Part shown: positions 61,304 through 64,000 of the stretch, one piece after another
Layout of the letters: every line of letters begins with the position of its first letter
Position numbering within the stretch: the stretch's first letter is position 1
Assembly (NCBI GenBank): GCA_013334855.1
Contig: JAAXWU010000002.1
Location: forward strand, 3,080-67,079
Direction of reading: 5' to 3'
DNA length: 64,000 nt
DNA from: Chlorobaculum sp.
GTDB taxonomy: Bacteria; Bacteroidota; Chlorobiia; Chlorobiales; Chlorobiaceae
Notes under the pieces: generated by a model
The model's database searches: none
Seen by the model: only the letters and a program-made list of their open reading frames with translations
Told to the model about the DNA's origin: nothing
Program-made: the position numbers and the translations under genes

Positions 61304-61381
61304 AGCTTCGTATGGTCATTATTTTTCATACCTTTAAAGATTGTCTCGAAAAAACTGAACCATCGTTCCAATTGTCATCTT

Positions 61382-62605
61382 GTGCTGACCGGCAAAAACA
61401 TACTTCTCGGCATCTCCGGCGGCATCGCCGCCTATAAAACCCCGCAACTGGTCAGGCTTCTGAAGAAATCGGGAGCCGATGTGCAGGTGCTGGCCACCGA
61501 GTCGGCAGTGCGCTTCGTGAGCGAGCTGTCGCTCTCGACCGTGTCGGGACGCCCGGTGCTCACCGATATTTTCTCGGCGGATGGCAACGGACACGACAAT
61601 GCGCGAACGATGCACATCACGCTCGGCGAGTGGGCCGACGCTCTGGTCATCGCGCCCGCAACAGCCAACACGCTCGCCAAGCTGGCCGCCGGAATGTGTG
61701 ACGACATGCTTTCGCTCTGCTTCCTGACCCTCCGCCCCGGCAAACCGGTGCTCGTCGCGCCCGCCATGGACGGCCATATGTACGACTCTCCATCGGTGCA
61801 GCGCAACCTCGCCATGCTGAAGGCGCAGGGGTGCCGCATGATGGAGCCGGAAAGCGGCTCGCTCGCTTCGGGGCAGTGCGGGCTGGGACGGATGCCCGAA
61901 CCGGAGACGATCTTCGAGGCGTTGACGGAGATGCTCGCCTCGCCGGAAGCTTCGGCGCTTTGCGGCAAAACGGTGATCGTCACCGCCGGGCCGACGCGGG
62001 AGAAGATCGACGACGTGCGCTTCCTCTCGAACTACTCCTCCGGCAAGATGGGCTTCGCCATTGCCGCCGAAGCGGCGCGGCGCGGCGCGACTGTGCGCCT
62101 CGTGACGGGGCCGGTCAGCCTGCCGACGCCGCCCGGCGTGGAGCGGCTCGACGTCGAGAGCGCCGTCGAAATGCTCGACGCGGCGCAACCGTTTTTCGAT
62201 GCTTGCGACCTCTTCATCGGCGCGGCGGCCGTGGCCGACTACCGCCCGGAAACGCCGGCCGAAGGCAAGATCAAGAAAAACGACGCGGAGATGGAGATTC
62301 GCCTCGTCAGGAATCCCGACATCCTCGCAACCTTCGCCACTGGACGGAAGCCCGGCCAGCTTGCCGTCGGCTTCGCGCTCGAAACGGCGGGCGGCCTCGA
62401 CTACGCCCGCAAGAAGCTCGTGGACAAGCAGCTCGACCTCGTCGCCTTCAACATCTACGATGGGCGTACCACCGGTTTCGAGGTCGATACCAACGCGCTG
62501 ACGCTGCTCGCACGCGACGGCAACGTCACCGAGCTGCCACTGCTCTCGAAGGAAGAGGCCGCCGGAAAGCTGCTCGACGCAATCGAACCGCTCCTGCGCC
62601 GTTAA
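61382..62605 (+). CDS. coaBC: Phosphopantothenoylcysteine decarboxylase/ligase
   Basis: GISGGIAAYK, APATANTLAK, APAM, GRMPEP, TAGPTRE, SSGKMG, AAVADY, VGFALET. Confidence 0.96.
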   Translation: MLTGKNILLGISGGIAAYKTPQLVRLLKKSGADVQVLATESAVRFVSELSLSTVSGRPVLTDIFSADGNGHDNARTMHITLGEWADALVIAPATANTLAKLAAGMCDDMLSLCFLTLRPGKPVLVAPAMDGHMYDSPSVQRNLAMLKAQGCRMMEPESGSLASGQCGLGRMPEPETIFEALTEMLASPEASALCGKTVIVTAGPTREKIDDVRFLSNYSSGKMGFAIAAEAARRGATVRLVTGPVSLPTPPGVERLDVESAVEMLDAAQPFFDACDLFIGAAAVADYRPETPAEGKIKKNDAEMEIRLVRNPDILATFATGRKPGQLAVGFALETAGGLDYARKKLVDKQLDLVAFNIYDGRTTGFEVDTNALTLLARDGNVTELPLLSKEEAAGKLLDAIEPLLRR

Positions 62606-62626
62606 ATCAATTCGCGAAGTACCCTC

Positions 62627-63250
62627 ATGAAGCAGGAATCCCTTTTCGATCCCGTACCGGATGAACCCGCGCCGCAGAAATCGCCGGTGGACGAACTCGA
62701 CGCGCTCCGCCGGATCACCATCGAATGCCGGAAATGTCGCCTGGCGGAGACGCGCAAAAGCGTGGTCTTCGGCGAAGGGAATCCCCAGGCGGGTCTGTTC
62801 GTTATAGGTGAGGCCCCGGGAGCGGATGAAGATGCCCAGGGCCGCCCGTTCGTGGGGCGTTCGGGGCAGTTGCTCGACAAGATTCTGCTTGCCATCGGCT
62901 TCGAGCGCAAGGACGTTTACATCGGCAACATCATCAAGTGCCGTCCGCCGGAAAACCGCAATCCACTCAGCGACGAAATCGAGTGCTGCAAGCCGTGGCT
63001 CATGCAGCAGCTTGAGATCATCAACCCCAAGGTGATGCTCCTGCTCGGCAAAGTGGCGGCCAACACCATTCTCGGCAACACGCAATCGATGGGTTCGATG
63101 CGGGGCCGAATAATCCAGTGGAACGGGTTCGATTGCGTCGTGACTTACCATCCGGCGGCGCTGCTCAGAAACCCGAACTGGAAGCGCCTCTGCTGGGAGG
63201 ATGTACAGATGCTCCGGGCGCACTACGACATGGTCTGCCCCAACGGCTGA
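62627..63250 (+). CDS. Uracil-DNA glycosylase, family 4 (Fe-S)
   Basis: CRKC, GEAPGADED, PFVGRSG, KCRPPENR, TYHPAALLR. Confidence 0.93.
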   Translation: MKQESLFDPVPDEPAPQKSPVDELDALRRITIECRKCRLAETRKSVVFGEGNPQAGLFVIGEAPGADEDAQGRPFVGRSGQLLDKILLAIGFERKDVYIGNIIKCRPPENRNPLSDEIECCKPWLMQQLEIINPKVMLLLGKVAANTILGNTQSMGSMRGRIIQWNGFDCVVTYHPAALLRNPNWKRLCWEDVQMLRAHYDMVCPNG

Positions 63251-63291
63251 CCGAGATATGAAACCATGACAGGACGAGGACAAGAAGAGGA

Positions 63292-64000
63292 ATGAAGCCA
63301 CGCGAAGGACAACTCGATTTAAGCCGTGACATCGACTTCAGCAAGGAGAGTCGGGTGCCCCCCTGGTCGCTGGAGGTCGAGCAGGAGGTGCTCGCCTGCA
63401 TTCTGCTCGAAGAGGATCCAATCGAACAGGTGATCCAGATTTTTGGCGACAACGGCGAAGCGGTCTTTTACGAGAAGCGCCACCAGATCATCTACAAGGC
63501 GATGATGCAGCTCTACCAGAAGCGGCAGGCCATCGACCTCATCACGGTGAGCGAGGAGCTGTCGCGGGTCGGCGAACTGGAGAACATTGGCGGGCGGCCC
63601 TACCTCGGCGAGCTTTCCGGCAAGGTGATCAGCGCGGCCAACATCGAGTTCTACGCCCGGCTGGTGAAGGAGAAGTATCTCTACCGCCGCCTGATCTCGA
63701 TCTCGTCGCACATTTCGAGCGCGGCCTACAACACCTCGATGGACATCTTCGACCTGGTCGAGAACGCCTCGCAGCAGTTCTTCAACATCTCGCAGGCGGG
63801 CATCAAAAAGAGGGCCAGCAGCATCAAGGAGCTGCTCAAGACGGCGACGAGAATGATCGAGAATCTCGGCTCCTCGCAATCGTCAGTCACCGGCATCGGC
63901 TCAGGATTCTCGGATCTGGACGCCTACACGGCGGGCTTCCAGCCGTCGGACATGATCATCATCGCCGCCCGTCCGTCCGCTGGTAAAACCGCTTTTTCGC
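63292..64000 (+). CDS. dnaB: Replicative DNA helicase (5' part, runs off the window)
   Basis: Not in the ORF track; reads MKPREGQ...VPPWSLEVEQEVL...IDLITVSEEL...GFQPSDMIIIAARPSAGKTAF. Confidence 0.93.
   Translation, partial: MKPREGQLDLSRDIDFSKESRVPPWSLEVEQEVLACILLEEDPIEQVIQIFGDNGEAVFYEKRHQIIYKAMMQLYQKRQAIDLITVSEELSRVGELENIGGRPYLGELSGKVISAANIEFYARLVKEKYLYRRLISISSHISSAAYNTSMDIFDLVENASQQFFNISQAGIKKRASSIKELLKTATRMIENLGSSQSSVTGIGSGFSDLDAYTAGFQPSDMIIIAARPSAGKTAFS

Noticed and set aside
62627-63250. 'Phage SPO1 polymerase-related' protein as a prophage sign
   Set aside because: Ordinary family-4 UDG in a coaBC-udg-dnaB housekeeping context; no phage genes nearby

Overview
Chromosomal window from a green sulfur bacterium (Chlorobiaceae, most likely Chlorobaculum), judged from csmA/csmC, bchJ and high-GC codon usage. 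From left to right: (1) housekeeping block rsmE-comF-glucokinase-lpxA-DUF2723-hemW-gmhB-glgA, an Ig-like lipoprotein and bchJ (0.2-12 kb). (2) A small accessory patch (12-14.6 kb) with a secreted Cys/Pro/Met-repeat protein, three diverged copies of one gene's palindromic 3' end, an unannotated 21-aa hydrophobic ORF with ibs/sib-like type I toxin-antitoxin architecture, an AT-rich orphan and a GTAG-type REP. (3) asd-dusB-recA, M16 peptidase, tig, acpS, nadC, folB/folK. (4) The chlorosome locus arsA-csmC-csmA-770 aa protein-arsA. The 770-aa protein carries repeated KK-I-x-I-K motifs, while both flanking ArsA/Get3-like ATPases end in alpha-crystallin-like domains. (5) pyrK, ssb, holA. (6) A ~23 kb mosaic surface-glycan region: rfbF/G/H plus a ThDP enzyme, HAD phosphatase, aldolase and reductase feeding a GtrA/B/C-like trio, a nonsense-split membrane protein, lpxL, and a gmd-colC-colD colitose module between two copies of the rfaE2 promoter/gene, with an fcl relic. 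(7) tamB, coaBC, family-4 UDG and partial dnaB. No rRNA, tRNA, CRISPR array, integrase or transposase was recognised. All calls come from reading motifs by eye; no database searches were run.
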